A DNA stretch of 64,000 nt from Felis catus (lineage: Eukaryota). Location: NCBI RefSeq assembly GCF_018350175.1, contig NC_058369.1:21826001-21890000 (forward strand), written 5' to 3'. The position numbers and the translations under genes are program-made. Positions 11,968 through 23,339 of this stretch are shown here, piece by piece. Below the pieces are notes generated by a model. It saw nothing but the letters and a program-made list of their open reading frames with translations, was not told the origin of the DNA and made no database searches. Every line of letters begins with the position of its first letter. The first letter of the stretch is position 1.

Positions 11968-12814
11968 TTGGGTTTTTTTGAACAACAGGAATAGGACAAG
12001 AATAGGCCACTTCCGTGTCAGTTCACTGCTTTAAAACAACCTGCCTAGGAGCTCCCATTCATGTGCGTGGGATGGTGCTTTTATTTGAAAACACTGGGTT
12101 AAAGAGTATTAAGCACTTTTTTTTTTTTTAAACAGCAGACTCATTCTGAGTTTTTAACGTACTAAAGAATATTTGATTCTCCAAGAAGGGTGGGCTTATA
12201 CATTTCCCCAAATTTACTTGACCAGAATCTTCTCCTAAGGCAAGATTTCTGTTTAGAAGATCTTGCTTTGAAGTAATGGTGTTATTTCTCTATCTAGATG
12301 CTTATAGCTCTGAATACGAGGATTATTTCTGAAATAAATGTACAGTCACAGACTTTACAGTAGAATGAAAGAAGACTGGTATGTGATATGAAGATCAGAC
12401 CAATTAGCATCCATATTGTCTCATTTATATCCATACCAGACAAGAAAGACTATATGGCCCCAACTGTGAGGCCTGTTGCAAAGGAGAAAAAGACTGGAGA
12501 GATATACGTTGGTTATTTCTTGATGGTAGATCACAAGCAATTTCCCGTTCCTTTTTTGTCCGTTTCTTCATTTTCCATAATTAACAGGCACTCCTTTAAT
12601 AACGAGGGGGAAAAAAAGAGTGCTATTTCAAGAGACTTGTACTTGTACTCAGTTACAAGCTGCACCAGCTTGAATTCACCTTCATTGAAGACTCCGGTCA
12701 CACAGCCTGTTTCTCCTCCCTCTTGCCAGGCTGCCTGGTTTGTCCATCCCGGTATTCCCCTCATCCCTGCTCCAGACTGGATCTGGATCTGTAATTTTGG
12801 TTCAGTTTTTTGTT

Positions 12815-13166
12815 GTTTTTTTTTTTTTTTTTTTATAAAGGAAGCTTTATGTCCAACATGGGGTTTGCAATTCAAGACTCTGAGATCAAGAACTGCATGC
12901 TCTACTGATTGAGCCAGCCAAGCGCCCCCCAAAAGAACATTTCTTTCTTTCTTTTTTTTAATTTTAAAAAAATGTTTGATTTTTGAGAGAGACAGAGTAC
13001 AAGCGGGGGAGGGGCAGAGAGAGAGGGAGAGACTCAGAATCCAAAGCAGGCTCCAGGCTCTGAGCTGTCAGCACAGAACCCGATGCGGGGCTTGAACTTG
13101 TGAACTGTGAGGTCATGACCTGAGCTGAAGTTGGACGCTCAACCCACTGAGCCACTCAGGTGCCCC
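12815..13166 (-). mobile_element. Two SINEC (short type 12815-12930; full 12945-13166)
   Basis: SINEC consensus motifs. Confidence 0.88.
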
Positions 13167-14524
13167 AAAAACATTTCTAATAGTCGCCACTATTAGACCG
13201 GTGGAACAGGCCTCTTTACAATGTTCACTTCTGCTTTCAACAGCATGTCCAGGTGGCAAGAAGGGACAGGAAAGATGCTGGGACTCCATCAGGCCTCTTC
13301 CAATCCAAACTCTCTTAGGAGCACCCTCTTCTCAAATATGCCCTCAAGACTACCCATAAATCAGGAATAAGGCTCACTTCCACGAGTTCTCCAAATTCCA
13401 TAGTCTTCGTAGGCAACCGTTCAAACAAGTATTTATTGTTAGGAAGAGTTTCTGGCAGGGTGGATTTCCTCTTCAGGAGAGTCAGCATTTCCCAAGTTTA
13501 GTGGATTTTCAACCCTGCCACTGACCAGAGAGGATTTCTAAATTCGGATACAGTACAGGTCTAGAGGTGTGCATGCTCTACCGCAGAGCTTCTCAGTTTT
13601 TATAAACATCTTTTGGAATAAGTCAACTTCTTTACTTGGAGAATTTTTATTATATTGCAGCTGCTGAAACAGTGATTTAACAGAATGGGCACCGACAGGC
13701 ACATTTATTGAGACACACACACAATCTGCCAATACACACCTGTATTTCTGGTGGGCAGAGATAATAATCTGAATTATGTAGCAAACAGAGGCTGTACACA
13801 GGCAAAGTCAGAGCAAAGAAAGATAAAGTAGTCTTTTCTTTATCTTTGGTGACCACAACACCATTTATCACAAAGTTCATGTTAACATATAAGGTGTTCT
13901 CTTCGGCCATAAATAGGCCAGGCACTTGAAAACTCATTACTAACAGTTTCATGAGGGCACTCTCTAATCACTTTCAATAACTCCCCTGCTTCTAGTAAAA
14001 CCAGCTGGAAGCATAAGCAAATGTGCTTCTTTTGGGCATTTCTTGTGAAAGAAACTCAAATGCTCCTTTTCCCTTTTGCTTTCTGTTTCTACTTCCTCAT
14101 CCTACTTTTGGTTTCAGTACAATATTTTCAGATAGGCCTTCAGTCTTCTGCCTCATTTACCACCTGAAGTCTTGTATGAGGGGTACCACTGGCCCTGACA
14201 GTTTAGACAAAAGCTCAAAATGGTTTCCTGTAAGTAGCTATTAAAGCTAAAAGAAACATATTTCTTACTTGGGGCCCAAAAGTTCTCAACCTGCAGGAGA
14301 AAGTCTATATACTAACATATCCCAAAGTTTAGACATTTCAGAAAAATATTCTGGATTTCAGGATAACCAAGAATCAATACATCTGTGTCTTCTAAGTAAT
14401 TAGAAGTAAACTGCCTTTGCTGTCACTTTCAAAAATACAAAAAGTAGTCATCAAATAAGTAAATGGCTTTGTAAAAAAAGTAGTTTTAATTCATTTCCAG
14501 GGACAAGGTGTTGTAAAAATAAAG

Positions 14525-14980
14525 TGTGCTCAGTTGCTATGTGTCCAACTTCGCAAAGCTCAGATGATGACCTTGAGGTTAGTGAGCTGAGGCCTCACAT
14601 CGGGCTCTCTGCTGTCTGTGCGGAGCCAGAGAGCCCGCTTCGGATCCTCTGTCCCCCTCTCTCTGCCCCTCCCCCTGCTCGCTCTCGCGCTCTCTCTCTC
14701 TCTCTCTCTTTCAAAAATAAGTAAAACATTAAAAGAAAGGAAGGAAGGGGGCGCCTGGGTGGCTCAGTCGGTTGAGCGTCCGACTTTGGCTCAGGTCATG
14801 ATCTCACGGTCTGTGAGTTTGAGCCCTGCGTCGGGCTCTGTGCTGACAGCTCAGAGCCTGGAGCCTGCTTCTGCTTCTGTGTCTCCCCCTCTCTCTGCCC
14901 CTCCCCTGCTCATGCTCTGTCTCTCTTTGTCTCAAAAATAAATAAAAACATTAAAAAAATAAATAAATTAAAAAAAAAAA
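14525..14980 (+). mobile_element. Two tandem SINEC
   Basis: SINEC consensus motifs, (CT)n, A tails. Confidence 0.88.
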
Positions 14981-15110
14981 GAAAGGAAGGAAGGAAGGAA
15001 GGAAAGGAAAGGAAAGGAAAGGAAAAGAAAGGAAAGGAAAGGAAAGGAAAGGAAAGGAAAGGAAAGGAAAGGAAAGGAAAGGAAAGGAAAGGAAAGGAAA
15101 GGAAGGAAGG
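14981..15110. repeat. (GGAAA)n pentanucleotide microsatellite extending a SINE tail
   Basis: About 20 near-perfect GGAAA units flanked by (GGAA)n. Confidence 0.95.
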
Positions 15111-16352
15111 GTGTTTCTAGAGAGGCAACATGTTTTCCAACATGTTCATTTGGAACAATGTCTTCAGGGGTGTATGCCCGCAGTAATAAACACAGCCTAT
15201 CCTGTGAGCTCACGTCCAGAGCCATCAAAGCAGAAGGCAGACAGACATCCAATCAGGACATGACAGTGGTCTTCGATTAAAACTTTGCTTTAGCCATATG
15301 GGCTTCTTTTAAAATGCAAATATGCCTGGAATTGAGGTTTGGGGCTTATTTATTTACACTTTTACAGAAATTAGTGTGAAATTGGACTGTTTCTTAAAAA
15401 ATTAAGACGGTTTTCTTCCAAAGATGTAGATAAAAACCTTGCAGGAGAACGAAAGGAATTCCGACGATGGGGTGGGGGTTCACATCTCTGGGTAGATTTA
15501 GGCAAAAACCGAAAAGGAAACACAGGTGAGCCAGAATACACTGGTGGTCGCAGCACCACAGGCCCCTCCGGCGCCACGGTGTCTCGGGCTCCCAGAACCC
15601 AGACCAGCAGCACCAGCAGCACAGAGAAGCCAGATGAGGGGTGGCTCCTGCGGGCTAGCTTGAGAAAAGACAGTAAGCCACCCTTTAGAACTCTCATTCA
15701 ATGAAATTGCTTTCCAATTCCAAGATTCTGACATACAAAGCATCTCCTGGAACACAGCCCATCAGTGAACTGGGGGACCACTACACCTAGAGTCGGCGCC
15801 ACAGCGGAGTTCACGTCAAGGAGGCGCGGGCGGGCAGGAGTTCTCTACTGGCTGCGGAGCGCGGCACCACTCGTCTCGCCAGAGCCTAGCGCCGCCGCCT
15901 GCCTGTGCCCTGGGCGTGATAGCGTCCTCTGGGGTCAGCCCTAAGCACATGCTTAACAATAAGGGTTTGGTTAAATTAAGATTTGTCTTCAGGACTGGAT
16001 AAAATTACAAATACCACAGAGGACTCTTTAGCGTAAACTGGAAAAAGGCTGTTGAACTGAAAAGTAGGAGGTACAGGGTGATCTATTTTTGTAAAAAACC
16101 ACCACACACGACCTAACGTACAAATAAAAAGACGGGAAGGAAACAGACTAAAACACTAACAATGGGAGTAGTAGGGTTACAGATAATTCTAGTTTTAAGC
16201 TTTTCTGCCTCTTCCAATTTTTGGACAATAAGCAGGAAATCAGGGGAGAAACAAATTAGTAGACTCAGTAGCAAACAGAAGCGAGGGGGAAAGTAATTTT
16301 TTCATCTCTCATATATCATTAATTAGATCTATGTTGTAAAAGAAATACTTAC

Positions 16353-16419
16353 TCGGCCATGAGTTTGGCTATGCGGTGACAGTCATTCTTATCGTAAAAC
16401 CAGATGCTGTATATCGACA
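16353..16419 (-). CDS. DCP1A: DCP1A coding exon 4 (67 nt, (L)SIYSIWFYDKNDCHRIAKLMA(D))
   Basis: Manual translation gives the conserved IYSIWFY motif. Acceptor TTTTTCAAG|T, donor CGA|GTAAGT. Confidence 0.96.
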
Positions 16420-17335
16420 CTTGAAAAACAAAGGAGAAAAAAAGATAATGGGAAATGTGGTTTCAACATTTGAGTATACATAAATACTATATTATTACCA
16501 CGGAATGTCAGAGAATTTACCACCAACAGAATTCACCATCAAACCCTCAAATTGTTAAGAGTTCCTCTAAAGAAAAAAAAGCCTCTCCCTTAAACTGCTT
16601 AATAAAATTATTAATAAAATTAAGATAGGTAAAATATTCAGATGAAAATTGCGAAAGAAAGTTTTCAGACGTGATTTCCAGATCTCATTGAGCCTAAGGT
16701 GCCACTAAGTGTAAGAGGTACCATTATTTTCTGTGTTACTAAGAAAGGAAAGTGCTGTTAAACTAAGAATCAACATTGTGAGATGCACTTCAAATTGACA
16801 GTGAAATGTGAAAAAAAGGTGTCTTAATTATCGAAAACCAAGCTCACACACCAGCAGAACCAAACAACAGAACCTCCATCAATCTTTCGAAGCTTGAAAT
16901 ATGGAATCAGTAATTACAATAAAAACAAACACCAGCTCCAGATCCAGCCTATGATCAACATCGTTCACGCAGGAAATGGAAATGCTGGGGCTGAGCTCAG
17001 TCTATCACACTTCTTTTCCTTTTTCATTCCCAGCACGTGTGGTGTGATCAACACTAAGAAAACCTTCAAAAACTATTTGGTGATTAGATAAATGAGCTTT
17101 ATAATTAAAGGTTAACAATACATAAAAACCACTGTAAACACTTTCTGGATAAGGTGGGACAGAAATACTGAATTGTAAGTCAAAACAAACATATGAATAG
17201 CTATGGCTCATTGCTACCACGTGCGCCCACCGTAACACTCACAGCTTGGCCCAGGCTGCACCTTCCTTCATACTTAAAATGACTGGTACAGGCAGTGCAG
17301 ATATCATTATGTCTTTTTTTAAAAATTAAACTTTT

Positions 17336-18049
17336 TTTTTTTTTAAGACAGGAAGTAGACTTTATTGGTGGGCATGAATAAGGAGGGAGCAGTGCTGAGG
17401 TTCTCATGAGTGCAGAGCCTGTCGTTTGTCTAAGAGGCCATGAGTAGGGATGTATTTGACCCCACAGCCATCTGGGATGAGCTGCTTTTCAGCCATCATG
17501 TCTCCAAATTTGTCCACATTAAACTTAGCCCTATTTCTTGGAAATGAAGATCTTCTGGTGGCCAGAGGACCTGAACTTGGCTCTCCGTAGGGCCTCAATC
17601 ACATGGTTCTGGAAGGACATGATGACATGGCCACTGTGGACCCTAACCATGTACCCTGGGGGTTTCCAAAGGCACTCCAAATATCTGTCTGGAGCCCGTC
17701 AACCCCAGCACAGGACAACATCTTGTTGATACAGATGATGGGGATGGGGTGGAGTTGCACTTGGATATGAAAACCATCTTTGCCATAGCTTTTCACCATG
17801 AACTTGCTGGCAAAAATACAGGCAGTCTCCAGGGCTTCAGAGGAGAGCTGCTCATATTCATCTGACGTCATGTGGCCACATAGTGGGAACCCATTCACAT
17901 TTGCCTTCTTCTGCCCCAGGTCAAAGATTGGATATTGGCATCAGGGACACTTCTGCCGAAGTGAGACTTTGGGTATGTTTTGTTCTTACAATACCGGTAA
18001 CACCATGGCGACACCAGGATTTTCAGTGGTGCTCCAAAGGAAAAGGGCT
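17336..18049 (-). pseudogene. RPL10: Processed pseudogene of ribosomal protein L10 (uL16/QM)
   Basis: Fragments translate to RPL10-like peptides ([45 protein letters not shown]...ALHS*). Intronless with frameshifts and deletions. ATG at 18006, TGA at 17406-17404, AATAAA at 17366-17361, poly(A) remnant, TSD AAATTAAACTTTT at 17323-17335 and 18050-18062. Confidence 0.93.
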
Positions 18050-19249
18050 AAATTAAACTTTTAATTTTGAAATAATTGTAGCTTCACACACACTTGGAAA
18101 AAATAAAGAGACTGTATGTGCCCTTTGTTTCTTCCATTGGTAACGTTTGGTAAAACTATAGTATGATTTCACAGCCAGGCTTCTGACATTGATACAGTCA
18201 AGTTACAGAACATTGCTGTGGCCACAAAGATCCCTGGTGGACTTTTATAGCCACACCCTCTTCCCTTGGTCCCTCTCCTCCATCTCTGACTCCTGGCAGA
18301 CACACTAATCTGTTCTCTGTTTCTTTAATGTTGTCATTTCAAGAATGTTACAGAATATAAAGGGAATCATATAACATGCAACTTTTTGAGATTGAGTTTT
18401 CTAACCCAACATAATTCTCTGGATATTCATCCAAGTTGTTGCTTGCATCAATTGTTCATCTCCACCCCCACTCTCTTTTTCGGCTGTGTAGTATTTCATG
18501 GTGTGGCCATACCTGTTCAAATGTTCATCCACTGATGGACACGTGGTGTGTTTCCAGTTTTGAGCTATTAACAAATAAGCAGCTATGAAAGTTCATGCAC
18601 AGGTTTTCGTGTGAATATAAGTCTTCATCTCTGGGTTAAATGCCCCAAAGCACAGTTACTGAGTCACAGAAGTTGCATGTCCAGTTTAAAGAAGAAACTG
18701 TTCTCTAGAGTGTTGGTACTATTTTATATTCCTACCAGCAACATATGAGCAATCCAGTTTCTCTGCATCCTTGCCAGCATCTGTTCTTCTATTTTTAACT
18801 TCATCCATTCTGACAGGTATATAGTGGCATCTCACTGTGGTTTTAGTTTACATCTCCCTAGAAGCTAATGATGCTGAACATCTTTTCATGTCCTTCTCTG
18901 TCATCCATATTTTCTGTTTAGTCAAATGTCTGTTCATGTCTTTTGCCCCTTCTAATTGGACGTTTTTTACTGTTGAATTTTATGAGTTCTTTAGATATTC
19001 AAGATACTAGGCCTTTTTTGGATATATGGTTTGAAGGTATTTTCTATCTGGAGCTTGTTTTTCATTCTTAGTAAGGTCCTTCCAGAGCAAAGATTTTTAA
19101 TTTTGACAAGGTCCAACTTACCAATTTTTCTTTTTATGGATCATGCTTTTGGTGTCAAGGATTCTTTCCTGATGGACCCGCAGTAACAAAATTTTCTATG
19201 ATTTTTCCTAAAAGGTTTATAGTTTTACATTTCAGTAGGTAATCAATTT

Positions 19250-19450
19250 TTAAAAAATGTTTTATTTATTCTTGAGAAAGATTTGGGGGGGGAGGGTCAG
19301 GAGCAGAGAGAAAGAGAGACACAGAATCTGAAGCAGGTTCCAGGCTCTAAGCTGTCAGCACAGAGCCTGATGCGGGCTTGTACCCAAGAACCATGATATC
19401 ATGGCCTGAGCCGAAGTCAGACGCTTAACCAACTGAGCCACCCAGGCGCT
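19250..19450 (-). mobile_element. SINEC within L1
   Basis: SINEC consensus motifs. Confidence 0.88.
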
Positions 19451-20061
19451 CCATCAGTTGGTAATTGATTTTGAGTTAATTTTTGTATAAAAAGGTTTAG
19501 GTTAAGGTTTTCTTTTGGTCTAAATGTTCTATCCAGCATTATTTGTTGAAAATGCTCTCCTCTCTTTATTGAGGAGTATTTTGTACCTTTGTCAAATATC
19601 AGTTGGGTGTATTTGTGTGGGTCTATTTCCAGATTTATTTTATCCTATTTATGTGTTTATTCCTCCACCAGTACCACACTGTCTTGATTCGTGTGCTATA
19701 TAGGCCTTAATAATCCCCCCCACTTTATGCTTTTCCAAATTGTTTTATCTTCTACGGCCTGTGCTTTTCCATAGAAGTTTTAGAATAAGTTTGTTTATGC
19801 CTACAAAAAACATTGTTGGGATTTTGATAGAAGAAAGTGCTTTAAACCTACAGAGCAATTTGGGAATAGGTGAATTTGTACTATGTGGAGTACTTCAATG
19901 CACAAGTACAGTCTATCTCTCCATTTATTTAGATCTTCTTTGATTTCTTTCATCAGTAATTTTCAGCACACAGATCCTGTACATGTTTTGTTAAATTTAT
20001 GCCTAAGTACTTAACTTTCTTTGTAAGGGCTATAAATGGTGGCTTGTCTTTAAGGTTATCT

Positions 20062-20395
20062 TTTTTTAAAAAAAAATTTTTTTTTTCAACGTTTTTTATT
20101 TATTTTTGGGACAGAGAGAGACAGAGCATGAACGGGGGAGGGGCAGAGAGAGAGGGAGACACAGAATCGGAAACAGGCTCCAGGCTCCGAGCCATCAGCC
20201 CAGAGCCTGACGTGGGGCTCGAACTCACGGACTGTGAGATCGTGACCTGGCTGAAGTCGGTCGCTTAACCGACTGCGCCACCCAGGCGCCCCTAAAGTTA
20301 TCTTTTTAAGTAATCTCTACACCCACGTGGGACTCTAACTCATGACCCCGAGATCAAGAGGCGCATGCTCTGCCGACCGAGACAGCCAGCGCCCC
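20062..20395 (-). mobile_element. Young SINEC_Fc (20062-20292) plus short SINEC
   Basis: CpG-retaining gactgcgccacccaggcgcccc head; TSD TAAGGTTATCTTTTT / TAAAGTTATCTTTTT. Confidence 0.9.
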
Positions 20396-20881
20396 TAAAT
20401 GGTAGTTTTTAATTGTGACTGAGTTTTGAATGTTGATCTTGTATTCTCATATCTTACCAAGCTCACTAATTAGTTCTAGGAATTTGTACTTAGTCTGTTA
20501 TCTGCGAATAACATTTTTATTATTTTTCTCCCCTTTCTCTTCCAATATGTAGGCCTATTTTTCTTTCTTGCCTTATTGCAGTGGTTAGAACTTTCAGTGC
20601 TATGTTGCACAGCAGTGTTGACAGTGGACATCCTTGCCTTGTTCTCAATCTTAAAGGGAAAACATTCAGCCTTTCACTGTAAGTATAATGCTGGCTGTAA
20701 GTCTGTTGCAGATGCTCTTTATCAAGATCACATAATTTACTTCTATTCCCAACTTAAGAGTTTTTATCTTGCATGGACATGGGTTTTTTCCCTGCATCAA
20801 AAACACTAAATATGATCATGTGATATTTCTATTTCATCTTTAGTCTTTTGATATGGTGGATTAAACTGATGTTCAATGTAT

Positions 20882-22350
20882 TTTTTTTAAATGTTTATTT
20901 TTGAGAGAGTGGGTATGTGTGTGCGCACAAGTGGAGAAGGGGCAGAGAAAGAGGGAGAGAGAGAATCCCAAGCAGACTCTACACTTGGTGCGGAGCCTGA
21001 CAAGAGGCTCGATCTCATGACTGTGAGATCATGACCTGGGCTGAAACCAAGAGTCAGGTGCTAAACTGATGGAGCCACCCAGGCGCCCCTTATTTTCAAT
21101 ACTGAACCAGCTTTGCAGATCTGGAATAAAACCCTTTTCTCTATATTGTTGAGTTTGCTAATATTTGGCTGAGGATTTTTTTTAACTTACTTCTCTAAAA
21201 ATTTTTTTGCTTTTTAATGTTTATTTATTTTTGAGAGAGACACAGAGTGCAAGCACGGAAGGGGCAGAGGGAGAGGGAAACACAGAATCTGAAGCAGGCT
21301 CCAGGCTCTGAGCTGTCGACACAGAGCCCAACGCAGGGCTTGAACTCACAAACTGTGATATCATGACCTGAGCCAAAGTTACATGCTCAACGAACTGAGC
21401 CACCCAGGTGCCCCCTTTTTAACCTACTTCTTGAGAGATACTGGTTTGTGGTTTTCTTTTATTGTACTGTCTGCCTAGTTTGGGTATCAGAGTAATACTG
21501 GCTTTATAAAATCAGTTGAAAATTGTTCCCTCCTTGTCTGTTTTCGGGAAGAAACTATGTAAAATTAGTGTTAACTCCTCTTTGAATTCTCCAGTAAAAC
21601 CATCTAGGCCTGGAGATTTTTTTCTTTTGAATTATGAATTCAATTTCTTCAATGGCTATAGGACTATTCATGTTATCTATTTTGTCTTGGTTGAATTTTG
21701 TAGTTTGGGTTTTCAAGGAACTGGTCCATTTCTTCCAAGTTATCAAGTTTATGACTATAAAACTGTTCACAGGGGGTGCCTGGGTGGCTCAGTCGGTTGA
21801 GCATCTGACTTTGGCTCAGGTCATGATCTCACAGTTTTGTGAGTTCAAGCCCCGTGTCGGGCTCTGTGCTGACAGCTTGGAGCCTGGAGCCTGCTTCGGA
21901 TTCTGTGTCTCTGTCTCTCTCTGCCCCTCCCCCACTTGTGCTGTCTATCAAAAATAAATTTTAAAAAATGTAAAAAAAAACATTAAAGAAAAATAAAGTA
22001 CTTAAATGTTCACAGCATTAGCTTATTACCCTTTTAATGTCTGGAGAATCTATAGTGATACCTACTATTCCATTCCTGATACTGGTACATTGTGTTTTAT
22101 TTTTCTTAGTATTGGTAAAAAGGTTTGTGAATTTTATTGATCTTTTAATTTGTGGTGCCTGGGTGGCTCAGTCAAACGTCCAGCTCTTGGTTTCGGCTCA
22201 AGTCATGATCTTATTGCTTCGTGGGTTTGAGCCCCACACGGAGCTCTGTAATGACATGAGGAGCCTGCTTGAGATTTTCTCTCTCCCTCCCTCTCTTTGC
22301 CCCTCCCCCACTTGTGTTGTCTCTGTTTCTCTCAAAATAAACTTAAAAGT
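20882..22350. mobile_element. Four SINEC within L1 (20882-21089 -, 21200-21415 -, 21772-21985 +, 22152-22350 +)
   Basis: SINEC consensus motifs. Confidence 0.85.
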
Positions 22351-23339
22351 TTTCTAAAAACCCAGCTTATTGTTTCACTAATTTTTCTCTTTTCATATTT
22401 TCAATGTCATTGATTTCTTCTGCTCTTATCTTCATTCTTTCCTTACTTCTGTATGCTTTGAGCTTAATTTGCTCTTCTTTTTATAATTTCTTGAAGTAAG
22501 AATTTAGTCGGCTCTCAGCCAAGTATCTTGAAGGTGTGGGAGGAGTTCCCCATGGCTAGGCCACCTGGTGTGCCTGTCCTGGAAGAGAGCCTCTGACTTT
22601 CACAGATGAAGACTGCTTCCCAGACTAGGCCAGTGATGCGACTCCTCCTCCACCCCTCCCTCCCCTTCGTGGGAGGGAGGGAAAGCACTCCCCCTGGTGG
22701 CCACTCATTGTCAGTAGGGCTCCTCTAATCCTTTCTGCCAGTTTTTCTGGGCTCACCTGATACTGTTGGCAGGACTACCACTTGATCCAGGAGGGGAATG
22801 AGCCTACCTGACCTGTCCTGTGTTGCTAGGTTGGAGGTCAGCAAATACCAGGCCTGGGTCCCCACCTTCTGTTGGGCGAGAGGGTTGTAAGACCCTGTTG
22901 CTGTGCTGTTTTGCCAGTTCTGAGTCTTCCCCTTTCCACCTTTCAGAGTTCTACTGATTGTCTCTTGTGTTATTTCTGGGTTTTATAGTTGTACTTAACA
23001 GGGAGAAGCAAGGAGAGACAAGTAAGTCTAGGCCATCTTGTTTGGATCAGAAGTCTCACTGTGCACTTTTATGGATGGAAACTAAGGTTCATGGGAAGGC
23101 TAAATAGCTTATTACAAATCAGAAGAAAACAGTCTTGGCACTGTGGCTAGAACTCAGGTACTCTCACTCTTAGGCCAGTGGTCTTGACACCACACAGCCA
23201 TTGCCTCACTACATGAAAGAACACATTTTTTTATAAAACAAAAACTTAATGAGCTTTAATTATGCTTATAGACTAAACTAATACATAAAATAGAGTATAA
23301 ATAAGTTAAAAAACATACAATAAAAGGATGACAGAATAT

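Larger units (their letters stand above)
18063..23056 (-). mobile_element. Old L1 (L1MC/L1MB-like), 3' UTR plus decayed ORF2 joined to a 5'-end-like segment, interrupted by several SINEs
   Basis: Antisense L1 3'-end motifs from 18063. ORF2-like peptide KFNQDKIDNMNSPIAIEEIEFIIQK in ORF 21555..21770. An L1M 5'-end-like motif (ttttatagttgtacttaacagggag...gccatcttg...agaagtc) ends at ~23056. Confidence 0.75.

Noticed and set aside
12388..12932. Overlapping 174-aa and 133-aa ORFs
   Set aside because: They extend into a SINE and a poly(T) tract, with no homology I recognise.
16680..16836. Possible small DNA-transposon relic (MER96-like)
   Set aside because: Too decayed to assign confidently without a consensus alignment.
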